Assembly: GCA_963771275.1 (NCBI GenBank)
Contig: CAVYSW010000010.1
Coordinates: 32,001 to 96,000 of the forward strand
Source of the DNA: an uncultured Gemmatimonadales bacterium
GTDB lineage: Bacteria > Gemmatimonadota > Gemmatimonadetes > Gemmatimonadales > GWC2-71-9
Reading direction: 5' to 3'
Length of the DNA stretch: 64,000 bases
The notes under the pieces are model-generated. The model had not been told where the DNA came from. It ran no database searches and worked only from the letters and a program-made list of their open reading frames with translations. Positions 37,678-46,819 of the stretch are shown in pieces (position 1 is the stretch's first letter; every line of letters starts with the position of its first letter). A program made the translations under genes and the position numbers.

Positions 37678-39066
37678 GCGGCGAGAGCGCCTACCGCGGC
37701 TATCGCGGTCCCTGCGTGGCCGTGATGCAGCGGCTCGGCTTCCGGGTGTGGAGTGAGGTCCGGATGCGGACCTCGCGCGGGGAGTTCGAGGGGCTCGTGC
37801 TGCCGCGGTCCGAGACCAGCGACGAGCACCACATCGTGCTGAAGCTCGGCACCGGCTACAACATCGGCATCCGCCACGACACCGTGCTCGCGGTGGAGCT
37901 GCTCGGCTACCGGGAAGCCGTCTACAAGATCCCCGAGCAGGCGTTCCCGGTGGATCCCGCTGCTGCCGCGCGTCAAGCTGTTCGGCACGGGCGGCACGAT
38001 CGCCTCGCGGCTCGACTACCGCACCGGCGCGGTGATCCCGGCGTTCACGCCCGGCGAGCTGTACGGCTCGGTGCCGGAGCTCGCCGACATCTGCAATCTC
38101 GAGACGGAGAAGCTGTTCGGCATCTTCTCCGAGAACATGGGGCCGGAGCAGTACGTGGTGCTCGCCGAGCACGTGGGCGAGGCGATCCGCGCGGGCTACG
38201 ACGGCATCGTGATCGGCCACGGCACCGACACGATGCACCACACCGCGGCGGTGCTGAGCTTCATGGTGCAGCGCCCGCCGGTGCCGGTCGTGATGGTCGG
38301 GAGCCAACGCTCGTCGGACCGGCCGTCGTCCGACGCGGCGCGCAACCTGATCAGCGCCACGTGGACGGCGGCGCGCGGGCCGATCGCCGAGGTGATGGTG
38401 TGCATGTTCGGCCCGACGTCGGACAGCTACAACCTGCTGCATCGCGGCACCCGGGTCCGCAAGATGCACAGCTCCTACCGGAGCACGTTCCGCACGCTGG
38501 GCGACATCCCGCTCGCGATGGTGGAGGACGCGGTCGTGACGCCGCTCAAGGACGACTGGCGGCCCCGCCGCAGCGATCGCGAGGTGACGGTCCAGGCCGT
38601 CTACGACGAGCGGGTGACGATCCTGTACTACTATCCGGGCATGCACCCGGACCTGCTCGATGCGCTGGTGGACCGCGGCTACCGCGGGATCGTGATCGCC
38701 GGCACCGGGCTCGGGCACGTGAACCGCAAGATCTATCCCGCGCTCGAGCGGGCGCACGCCGCCGGCGTGCACATGTACATGACGCTCCAGACGCTGTGGG
38801 GCTTCGTGCAGATGCAGGTGTACGAGACGGGCCGCGAGATCCTCCAGCTCGGCGTGGTGCCGCTGGCCAACATGCTGCCCGAGGTGGCGTTCGTGAAGCT
38901 GGGCTGGGCGCTCGGCGCGCACCCCGACGACCCGGCCGCGGTCCGCGCGCTGATGACGACCACGCTCGCCGGCGAGATGACGGAGCGGGAGCCGCACGAC
39001 GGATACCTGATTCTCCAGGGCGCCGTGCCGGAGATCAAGCAGTTCCTGGCGACGGTGTGGAAGTAA
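37674..39066 (+). CDS. gatD: Glu-tRNA(Gln) amidotransferase subunit D (archaeal type); one frameshift at about 37956-37958
   Basis: GatD N-domain (IVLKLGTGYNIGI), then in the shifted frame GTGGTIASRLDYRTG, HGTDT, GSQRSSDRPSSD, RKMHSS and GTGLGHV; removing one C from CCC restores a single ORF. Confidence 0.9.
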
Positions 39067-39070
39067 CGTG

Positions 39071-39147
39071 CGTGCAGCGTGGAGCGTGCAGCGTAACTGC
39101 CTCGGCTATCGGCCATCGGCTAACGGCCAACGGCCAACGGCTAACGG
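39071..39147 (+). repeat. Composite heptamer element (CGTGCAG)n-ACTGCCT-(CGGCYAW)n
   Basis: CGTGCAG CGTGGAG CGTGCAG, ACTGCCT at 39096-39102, then six CGGCYAW units. Confidence 0.95.
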
Positions 39148-39156
39148 AGACGTAGC

Positions 39157-40842
39157 ATGACGGAGCGGGGGGGGCAGGACTTCATCCGCGCGATGGTCGC
39201 GCGCGACACGGCGGCCGGCAAGTGGAGCAGCCGGGTCGCGACGCGGTTCCCCCCCGAGCCCAACGGCTATCTGCACATCGGGCACGCCAAGTCGATGTGT
39301 CTCAACTTCGGTCTGGCGCGGGAGCACGGCGGCACGTGCAATCTCCGGTTCGACGACACCAACCCGCTCACCGAAGACCAGAAGTACGTGGACGCGATCA
39401 AGCAGGACATCCGGTGGATGGGGTTCGAGTGGGCGGGCGAGTTCTACGCCTCGGACTACTTCGAGCGGCTGTACGACTTCGCGGTGATCCTGATCCAGCA
39501 GGGCAGGGCCTACGTGGATTCCCAGAGCGAAGAGGAGATCCGGCTGGGCCGCGGGAGCCTCACTCGGCCTGGTCTGGAGAGCCCCTATCGCCAGCGGTCG
39601 ATCGCCGAGAACCTTGATCTGTTCGCCCGGATGCGCGCGCGGGAGTTCCCCGACGGCGCGCACGTCCTGCGGGCGAAGATCGACATGACGCACCCCAACT
39701 TCCTGATGCGCGACCCGCTGCTCTACCGCATCCGGCACGCGTCACACTACCGCCGCGGCGACGCGTGGTGCCTCTACCCGCTGTACGACTTCACGCACTG
39801 CCTGTCGGACGCGATCGAGCGGATCACCCACTCGCTCTGCACCCTGGAGTTCAAGGACAACCGCGAGCTGTACGACTGGATCGTGCACGCGGTCGGCATC
39901 CCCGAGCCGCCCGAGCAGACCGAGTTCGCGCGGCTCAACCTGGACTACACGGTGCTGTCGAAGCGGAAGCTCGTGCGGCTGGTGCGGGAGGGCCGGGTGG
40001 GCGGGTGGGACGACCCCCGGATGCCGACCATCGCCGGCCTCAGGCGCCGTGGCGTGACGCCGGAGGCGATTCGCGCGTTCGCCGACATGGTGGGTGTGGC
40101 GCGGGTCGAGAGCCGGGTGGATCTGGAGAAGCTCGAGCACACCATCCGGGACGACTTGAACCTCCAGGTGCCGCGCGTGCTGTGCGTGCTCAAGCCGCTC
40201 AAGGTCGTGATCGAGAACTGGCCGGACGGGCAGGTCGACGAGCTGGAGGCCCCGTACTACCCCCACGACGTGCCGAAGGAGGGGGCCCGCACGCTGCCGT
40301 TCTCGGGCGTGCTCTACATCGAGCGGGACGACTTCCTGGAGGACCCGCCGAAAGGGTTCTTCCGCCTTGCCCCGGGGCGCGAGGTCCGGCTGCGCTACGG
40401 CTACCTGATCACGTGCACCGGGGTGGTCAAGGACGCGTCGGGGCAGGTGGTGGAGCTGCGCTGCACCTACGACCCGGCCACGCGCGGCGGCGATACGCCC
40501 GATGGTCGCAAGGTGAAGGGGACGATCCACTGGGTGTCGGCGGCGCACGCGCTCACCGCCGAGGTCCGGCTGTACGATCGGCTGTTCACCAAGCCGGACC
40601 CCGACGACGTGGGGGACGAGGAGGACTTCACGGCCACGCTCAATCCGGAGTCCCTCGTCGTGCTGCCGGATGCGCGCGTCGAGCCGAGCGTGGCGCTCGA
40701 CCCGCCGGGCTCGCGCTATCAGTTCGAGCGTCAGGGCTACTTCGTGAGCGACCTCATGGACTCGCAGCCCGGGGCTCTGGTGTTCAACCGCACCGTCCAG
40801 CTGCGGGATACCTGGGCCAAGGTCGTCGCGAAAGGTGCCTGA
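39157..40842 (+). CDS. glnS: Glutamine--tRNA ligase
   Basis: [46 protein letters not shown] and QFERQGYF motifs. Confidence 0.98.
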   Translation: MTERGGQDFIRAMVARDTAAGKWSSRVATRFPPEPNGYLHIGHAKSMCLNFGLAREHGGTCNLRFDDTNPLTEDQKYVDAIKQDIRWMGFEWAGEFYASDYFERLYDFAVILIQQGRAYVDSQSEEEIRLGRGSLTRPGLESPYRQRSIAENLDLFARMRAREFPDGAHVLRAKIDMTHPNFLMRDPLLYRIRHASHYRRGDAWCLYPLYDFTHCLSDAIERITHSLCTLEFKDNRELYDWIVHAVGIPEPPEQTEFARLNLDYTVLSKRKLVRLVREGRVGGWDDPRMPTIAGLRRRGVTPEAIRAFADMVGVARVESRVDLEKLEHTIRDDLNLQVPRVLCVLKPLKVVIENWPDGQVDELEAPYYPHDVPKEGARTLPFSGVLYIERDDFLEDPPKGFFRLAPGREVRLRYGYLITCTGVVKDASGQVVELRCTYDPATRGGDTPDGRKVKGTIHWVSAAHALTAEVRLYDRLFTKPDPDDVGDEEDFTATLNPESLVVLPDARVEPSVALDPPGSRYQFERQGYFVSDLMDSQPGALVFNRTVQLRDTWAKVVAKGA

Positions 40843-40848
40843 GCCCGG

Positions 40849-41538
40849 CTACATCCCGGCGCCGAGCAGGGCCGGGAAGTTCGCGATGACCTTCTTCTTG
40901 CCGTCGCCCGAGATCGGCTTGGCGCCGAGATAGACGTCGAACAGCGCCCAGCACAGGGCCGGTGACGCGATCGCCGGCCGCTCGGCGCCCTTCACCAGCG
41001 AGTGCAGCGTGCCGTTGGCGCAGGTGAACACCAGCTCCGCGTCCTTGGTCATCTGCTCGACGCTGAAGTAGCCGCGGAACGTCTGAAGCGCCTCCGCCCC
41101 GCCCGGCATGTTCATCTCGGCCGCGGCGCGCGCGACCCGGGGCCCGAGCGACTCCTCGAAGGCCGAGGCCATCGTCTCGCCGTCCACGTTTCGGGTCATG
41201 ACGAGCCGCAGGCTCATCGGGAACGTCAGCTTGATCAGCGCGTCGTAGAACGACGGGTCCTTCTGCAGCGTCTTGAGGTCCTTGCCGGCGAAGCTCGCGA
41301 GCTGTTGCCGGGCGGCGGCCGAGTCGACGTACAGGCCGAACGCGTAGACCTTCACCGCGAGGAAGGTCTTGGTGCGGAGCCCCGTGCCCATCAGAATCTC
41401 GTCGCCCGACGGGGTGGTGAGGTGCAGCGGGAACGGCACGCCGCTGCCGGGCTCGTTGACGGTTTGCTGCGCGGGGAGCGCGCCGGCGCCGAGCAACATG
41501 ACGCCCGCGAGCAGGGGAATGGCGGTGCGTTGCATCAT
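40849..41538 (-). CDS. Chalcone-isomerase-like secreted protein
   Basis: Signal peptide; GTGLRTK..VKVYAFGLYV and ALFDVYLG..PIS motifs. Confidence 0.85.
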   Translation of the reverse strand: MMQRTAIPLLAGVMLLGAGALPAQQTVNEPGSGVPFPLHLTTPSGDEILMGTGLRTKTFLAVKVYAFGLYVDSAAARQQLASFAGKDLKTLQKDPSFYDALIKLTFPMSLRLVMTRNVDGETMASAFEESLGPRVARAAAEMNMPGGAEALQTFRGYFSVEQMTKDAELVFTCANGTLHSLVKGAERPAIASPALCWALFDVYLGAKPISGDGKKKVIANFPALLGAGM

Positions 41539-41623
41539 CGTCGTCCTCGGAGGAGGGGGTAGGGGGAGGAATCAAACCTACGCCCCGGCCACGGTGGCGG
41601 AAGGGCCGGGTCTGTGCGGGCAG

Positions 41624-41705
41624 CGTGTAGCGTGTAGCGTACAGCGTGCAGCATGACTCCACTCGGCATGGAGCGATCGGCCATCGGCTATCGGCTATCG
41701 GCCAA
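41624..41705 (+). repeat. Composite heptamer element
   Basis: CGTGTAG CGTGTAG CGTACAG CGTGCAG, a spacer, then CGGCCAT CGGCTAT CGGCTAT CGGCCAA. Confidence 0.92.
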
Positions 41706-42945
41706 CGCCGATCGTGCGCGCCGCCTCGTAGGTGAAATACCCGAGCGTCGCGATCAGGATGGCGTTCGTGAGCCAGCGATTCCTGAGGCTCGCGCCCACC
41801 CATGCCGTCCGGGTGTTGAGCAGCAGCAGCGTGAGGGCGAGGAGCGGCATGAAGCACGCGCCGAGCACGGCGTAGGAGAGCTGGGCCCGCTCCAGCGACA
41901 TCCAGAGGAGCGGCAGCGGCACCAGCGCGATTCCCACGAGATACGCGCGATAGGGCCGGGTGCCGGCGAGCGCGGTCGGGACCGGGGAGCGGCGGTCGGC
42001 GGCGCGGCGGTGCAGGTAATAGAAGTCGGCGAACAGGTAGGGGATGCTCTGCCACACGCCGAGCAGGCTCGAGAACACCGCGCCCCAGAAGCCTGCGAGG
42101 AAGATCCACTTGCCCGCCGGCCCGAGCACCAGGGCGAGCTGCCCGGCAAGCTCGAGCGCCGCCGTCGGGCCCTGGCGCAGGGTGACGCGCGAGCCGATCA
42201 GGATCATCGAGAGGCCGAACAGCGCGGTCAGGGCGTAGCCGGCCCCGAGATCGATGCGGCAGTCCCGGGCGCCGCGCTCCCCCGCGCGGCCCTGCTCCCT
42301 GATCCAGTAGCCGTAGGACATGAGCGTGACTGTGCCGCCCACGCCGCCCAGCACACCCAGGGTGTAGGCGGTGCCGCCCTCCGGGACGCGCGGCACGAAG
42401 AGCCCCGCGGCCACCTCTCCCCAGTCGGGGTGGATCAGCACCGCCGTGAGGATCACGCCCACGAACATCAGGGCCACGCACAGCGCCATCAGCCGCGCGA
42501 ACAGGCGGAACCCGCCGCGCCACACCAGGGCGGCGCCCACCAGCGAGTGGATCATGCCCCAGAGGATCTTGGAGCGCGCGAGGTCGTGGCCCAGGGGGAG
42601 GATGCCGGTGCCCGCGACGCCGCACGCGCTGATCAGCGCGCCGCCGGTGAAGAAGGTCCAGGGCAGCAAGTAGAGCAGGAAGATCCACCGGATCCACGGG
42701 CCGAGCCGGTCCACCCAGCCCTCGAGCAGGGTGGTGCCGGTCGCCATCTGCCAGCGGGCGATGCCCTCGTTCAGGAACCACTTGATCAGGGCGCCGATCC
42801 ACGCGGCCCAGAGCAGCGTGAGCCCGAAGCGCGAGCCCGCGAGACTCGCCGTGAGGAGATCGCCGGCGCCCACTCCGGTGGCGGCGACCAGCATGCCGGG
42901 GGCGAGCAGCGCGAGCCACGAGTGTCGCGACGGAGCCTGTTGCAC
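41695..42945 (-). CDS. Nramp-family (YcsG-like) transporter
   Basis: PGMLVAATGVGAGDL and GGVGGTV motifs; about 11 TMs; lacks the canonical DPGN of MntH. Confidence 0.85.
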   Translation of the reverse strand: MQQAPSRHSWLALLAPGMLVAATGVGAGDLLTASLAGSRFGLTLLWAAWIGALIKWFLNEGIARWQMATGTTLLEGWVDRLGPWIRWIFLLYLLPWTFFTGGALISACGVAGTGILPLGHDLARSKILWGMIHSLVGAALVWRGGFRLFARLMALCVALMFVGVILTAVLIHPDWGEVAAGLFVPRVPEGGTAYTLGVLGGVGGTVTLMSYGYWIREQGRAGERGARDCRIDLGAGYALTALFGLSMILIGSRVTLRQGPTAALELAGQLALVLGPAGKWIFLAGFWGAVFSSLLGVWQSIPYLFADFYYLHRRAADRRSPVPTALAGTRPYRAYLVGIALVPLPLLWMSLERAQLSYAVLGACFMPLLALTLLLLNTRTAWVGASLRNRWLTNAILIATLGYFTYEAARTIGVGR

Positions 42946-43116
42946 GGCGCCGAAGGTGGTGGGCGTCCGGCGAGGCCGCAAGGCGCGGGTCGCCTCGGCG
43001 TGATTCCGCGCCGAGCGGTGGTCGGGAAGGGTGCTGCGGAGAGACCTCCGTGGGGTTGGCACCTGGCGATCTCGCTGGCCATCGCCGCTTGCCCAGCGCG
43101 GACTCCCACGGCCGAA

Positions 43117-43260
43117 TTACGGACCGCGAGCGGCCGGCATTTCAATGCGCACGGCGTAATACCGGGGAGGGTTCGATCTCAACTCCACGCCGTCCGTCCA
43201 CACGCGAAGGCTCGCGCCGGTATGGATGTCACGAGGGCTTCCGCTCACCCACGTCCCGCT
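43117..43260 (-). pseudogene. Possible 3' fragment of a DUF3221/YobA-like OB-fold gene
   Basis: GASLRVWTDGVELRSNPPRYYAVRIE resembles the family's C-terminal pattern as I recall it; no clear start. Confidence 0.3.
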
Positions 43261-43276
43261 CCCGGTGAATCCCCCC

Positions 43277-43741
43277 TCATCCAAGACGTCCCCGCGGCTC
43301 ATCGCCGCCAAGCCCGGGCTCGCCCACGTCCGCGTCGGCGTCGCGCAATTCCGGGTCCTTCGCCATTCTGGCCAGGGCCAGCGAACCAGCAGCGCAACCG
43401 GCACCCGACAGTGTGAAGATGGGGCCCAACACCAGAAAGTCATTCCCTCCAAGGGCGGCGGCCAACACGACGGCGAGCAGAAAACCACCAACGCCTCCCC
43501 ACGCTGCAAAGTGTGGCAGCGACATCTGATCAAACCTGCGACGGCCCTCAGCGATCCCGAGCACCGCCGAGAAGGTGACGCCGGCAAGGAAGCCGAGCAG
43601 ACCAAAGAACAGGGGAAACGGGACGTCGGCGGCGCCAACACCGACCACGAGCAGGAGGATGAGCCCCGCGCCGAACCATGCCATGGCCCAGATCAGGCCC
43701 ATCCCGATGGCTCCGCGAATTCGTCTGAGCCACTTCCTCAT
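43277..43741 (-). CDS. Four-TM hypothetical membrane protein
   Basis: GGAGG RBS; MRKWLRRIRGAIGMGLIWA start; four hydrophobic segments. Confidence 0.8.
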   Translation of the reverse strand: MRKWLRRIRGAIGMGLIWAMAWFGAGLILLLVVGVGAADVPFPLFFGLLGFLAGVTFSAVLGIAEGRRRFDQMSLPHFAAWGGVGGFLLAVVLAAALGGNDFLVLGPIFTLSGAGCAAGSLALARMAKDPELRDADADVGEPGLGGDEPRGRLG

Positions 43742-43954
43742 TACGACCTCCCGGTGCACTTGGACCGTTACTGTGGTCGCTTGCTTCCCGCCACACACAT
43801 GGACTTTGCATCGCAAAGTACGCGGTCGGCAGCTGGGGGACAAGCGCCGTGCGGTTCGGCGCCCCGCTGCGTGGTTTCGATGACGCGCCCCGTGGGGGGC
43901 TCGCGCATCGTCCCGCGTGACCCCTTGCGCGCCCTTTCGAGCCGAGCCGACCTT

Positions 43955-44503
43955 ATGGGCATGGCAGCTCCGACGTACTACACGGCCGACATGGTCCGGG
44001 CATTGCCGGACGACGGCAACCGCTACGAGGTGGTGCACGGGGAGCTGCTCGTGACCCCGGCCCCGCGCTTCTGGCATCAGGAGATCGTGCGCCGTCTGGT
44101 CCTCGGCTTGAGCGCGTACACCGCCCGCGAGTCGGTCGGCCACGTCATCGCCTCCCCTGCCGACCTCTCGTGGAGCGGGGACGTCCTGGTGCAGCCCGAC
44201 GTGTTCGTGGCCGACCTGACGGAAGCGCGCACGCTCGACTGGTCGCGGATGCGGCACCTGTTGCTGGCCGTCGAGGTCCTGAGCCCATCGAGCGCCCGCG
44301 CCGACCGGTTCACCAAGCGGCGATTGTACCAGGAAGTCGGCGTACCCGCCTACTGGATCGTGGACGCCGATCAGCGATTCGTCGAGGTGTGGACACCGAC
44401 GGCGACCTTCCCGGCGGTCGAGCGCGACCGGGTTACGTGGCGGCCGCCGGGCGCGGGCGCGCCGTTCGTGCTCGGGATCGCGGAGCTGTTCCAGCCGATC
44501 TGA
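43955..44503 (+). CDS. Uma2-family (PD-(D/E)XK) endonuclease
   Basis: RYEVVHGEL..P..HQ, QPDV, VEVLSPS, K..LY and YWIVD motifs. Confidence 0.93.
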   Translation: MGMAAPTYYTADMVRALPDDGNRYEVVHGELLVTPAPRFWHQEIVRRLVLGLSAYTARESVGHVIASPADLSWSGDVLVQPDVFVADLTEARTLDWSRMRHLLLAVEVLSPSSARADRFTKRRLYQEVGVPAYWIVDADQRFVEVWTPTATFPAVERDRVTWRPPGAGAPFVLGIAELFQPI

Positions 44504-44523
44504 GCGGTGTCGCGTCGTGAGTT

Positions 44524-44561
44524 TTGACGGGCCACCATGATGGTACTATGATGCCATCATG
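44524..44561 (+). promoter_or_regulatory. Sigma70 promoter TTGACG-N17-TATGAT with an overlapping palindromic operator
   Basis: -35 at 44524-44529, -10 at 44547-44552; inverted repeat CATGATGG (44536) / CCATCATG (44554); ATG only 6 nt after the -10 box, so probably leaderless. Confidence 0.85.
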
Positions 44562-44816
44562 ATGCGCATGCAGATCCAGCTCACCGAAGACCAGCACCGC
44601 CGCCTGAAGCGCTGGGCGGCGAGTCTCGGCATCTCGTTGTCCGAGGCGGTGCGCCGCTGCATCGCCGACCGCCTGGCGGTCGAGCCGGGGGACACCACGC
44701 GCGCGACCCGCGTCCGCGAGGCGCGCGCCGTCGTCGGGAAGTACGCCGACCCCGGGGGCAAGTCCCGCGTCGCCCGCGAGCACGACGCGCACCTGGCCGA
44801 GGCGTACCGCGCGTGA
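44559..44816 (+). CDS. Ribbon-helix-helix (CopG-like) antitoxin
   Basis: RMQIQLTEDQHRRLK...ISLSEAVRRCID-type RHH pattern and C-terminal EHDAHL; GTGA overlap with a PIN gene. Confidence 0.88.
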   Translation: MMRMQIQLTEDQHRRLKRWAASLGISLSEAVRRCIADRLAVEPGDTTRATRVREARAVVGKYADPGGKSRVAREHDAHLAEAYRA

Positions 44817-45092
44817 GCGTGTTCGTGGACACGTCGGCGCTCTATGCGCTGCTGGTGAGCACCGAAGACGGACACCGGGCGACGGCCGCGGCGTTCGATC
44901 GGCTGCTGGCGGTGGATCGATGAGACGCGGCATCGCCGCGCCATGGATCGCCTGAAGCGCACCAACCGACGGAACGTGAGCCTGGTGGACTGCGCCAGCT
45001 TCGTGGTGATGGATGCGGAAGGGATCGCGGAGGCCCTGGCGCTCGACCCGGACTTCGCGGCGCAGGGATACCGGGTCCTGCCGGCCGGATGA
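44813..45092 (+). pseudogene. VapC/PIN toxin with an internal deletion and frameshift
   Basis: N-part VFVDTSALYA joined out of frame to C-part SLVDCASF...ALDPDF; the middle with the conserved Glu is absent. Confidence 0.88.
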
Positions 45093-46774
45093 CCTCACGC
45101 CGGGCGTTTCTCGAGCAAGGCGCACTGGCCGCCGTCGGGCTGTCGCTCCCCGCGCGCGGCGGCGCGGACGACGACGCCGTCTCCGACCCGAGCTTCCTCG
45201 ATCTCAAGCGAATGCCGGACGCCGTCACCGTCCAGACTGCGAGCGCGTACGTGCCGCTCCGCGCCGCCGGCGGACGATGGGAGGGCGCGGGCGTCACGGT
45301 GTCGGTGGACCAGCTGCCCGACGCGGTGCGCGTGGTGCTGGCCGCCCCGGCGACGGCCGTCAAGCGCCTGCACCTCCGCTGGCGCGGCAGCCTCGACGGC
45401 ACGCGACTCCTCCTGGGCGACGCCTGGGAGCGCGGCTACGGCGATCTCGAATGGCGCGGCTTCGTGCCGGACCGCGTGATGCCGTGGTACGTCGCCGCGT
45501 GGGACGGGCGGCTGACCCACGGCTACGGCGTGCGCACCGGCGCGGGCGCGCTCTGCTTCTGGCAGGTGGACCCGGGCGGCATCAGCCTCTGGGCGGACGT
45601 GCGGAGCGGCGGCACGGCCGTCGAGCTCGGCGAGCGCTCCCTCACGGTCTGTGACGTGGTGTGCCGTCCCGGGCGCCAAGACGAGACGCCGTTCGCGGCC
45701 CTCCACGCCTTCTGCCGAGCGATGTGCCCCAACCCCCGGCTGCCGCCCTATCCGGTCTATGGCACCAACGACTGGTACTGGGCCTACGGCAAGAACAGCG
45801 CGACCACCGTGCTTGCGGACGCGGGACACATCGTGGAGCTCTCCCCGCCGGACGAGAACCGGCCGTTCACGGTGATCGACGACGGCTGGCAGCCGGAGCG
45901 CGGCGAGCGGAAGCAGGGCGTGGGGCTATGGGATCGCGGGAACGAGCGGTTTCCCGACCTCCCCGGTCTCGCCGGCGCGATCCGCGTGGCCGGAGCGCGT
46001 CCCGGCATCTGGATGCGCCCGCTGCTGGCGCCCGCCGACGCGCCGGACGGCTGGCGGCTCCCGCGCGAGCGCGCCGTGCTCGATCCCTCGGTGCCCGAGG
46101 TGCTCGAGAAGGTCGCCGCCGACATCGCCCGCCTGCGCGGCTGGGGCTTCGAGCTGATCAAGCACGACTACTCCACGTTCGACCTGTTCGGCCGCTGGGG
46201 GTTCGCGATGGGCGCCGCCCTCACCAAGGACGGCTGGACCTTTGCCGAGGGGCCCAGGCGCACGACGGCGGAGCTGGTGGGCGAGCTGTATCGGACCATC
46301 CGCGTCGCGGCCGGCGGCGCGCTGATCCTCGGCTGCAATACCGTGAGTCATCTGTCGGCGGGGCAGTTCGAGCTGTGCCGCATCGGCGACGACACGAGCG
46401 GCACCGAGTGGGCCCGGACCCGGAAGATGGGCGTCAACACGCTCGCGTTCCGCGGCGTGCAGCACGGGGCGTTCTACGCGGCGGATCCCGACTGTGTGGG
46501 GGTCACGACCGCCGTTCCGTGGTCCATGAACCGCCAGTGGCTGGACCTCGTGGCGCGCAGCGGTACCATGTTGTTCGCCTCGCTCGCGCCCGACGCCCTC
46601 GGCACCGAGCAGCGCCGCGACCTCCGCGCGGCGCTCGCGCTGGCGGCGCGTCCGCAGCCGCTCGGCGAGCCGCAGGATTGGCTGGAGACCAGCTGGCCGT
46701 CGCGCTGGCGGTTGCTGAACGAGCCGCGCACGTACGACTGGCTCGGGCCGGATGGGGTGGTGGCGGTGCCGTGA
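45089..46774 (+). CDS. Tat-exported glycoside hydrolase, clan D (GH36/GH27 alpha-galactosidase-like)
   Basis: SRRAFL Tat motif; NDWY, IDDGWQ, IKHDY, RIGDD and DPDC motifs. Confidence 0.87.
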   Translation: MTSRRAFLEQGALAAVGLSLPARGGADDDAVSDPSFLDLKRMPDAVTVQTASAYVPLRAAGGRWEGAGVTVSVDQLPDAVRVVLAAPATAVKRLHLRWRGSLDGTRLLLGDAWERGYGDLEWRGFVPDRVMPWYVAAWDGRLTHGYGVRTGAGALCFWQVDPGGISLWADVRSGGTAVELGERSLTVCDVVCRPGRQDETPFAALHAFCRAMCPNPRLPPYPVYGTNDWYWAYGKNSATTVLADAGHIVELSPPDENRPFTVIDDGWQPERGERKQGVGLWDRGNERFPDLPGLAGAIRVAGARPGIWMRPLLAPADAPDGWRLPRERAVLDPSVPEVLEKVAADIARLRGWGFELIKHDYSTFDLFGRWGFAMGAALTKDGWTFAEGPRRTTAELVGELYRTIRVAAGGALILGCNTVSHLSAGQFELCRIGDDTSGTEWARTRKMGVNTLAFRGVQHGAFYAADPDCVGVTTAVPWSMNRQWLDLVARSGTMLFASLAPDALGTEQRRDLRAALALAARPQPLGEPQDWLETSWPSRWRLLNEPRTYDWLGPDGVVAVP

Positions 46775-46819
46775 GCCCGGCTGGCGCGGGCGAGCCCGGC
46801 TCGCGCGTCATGCCGCGCC

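Noticed and set aside
37960..39155. Tail of the 493-aa ORF at 37674 as a novel protein
   Set aside because: Out-of-frame read-through after the gatD frameshift; GatD motifs continue in the other frame
43037..43116. Glycine or yybP-ykoY riboswitch
   Set aside because: GGAGAGA...CCGAA is on the wrong strand for the transporter and lacks the P3 region; the GGGAGT...CGAGA spacing is too short for the Mn aptamer
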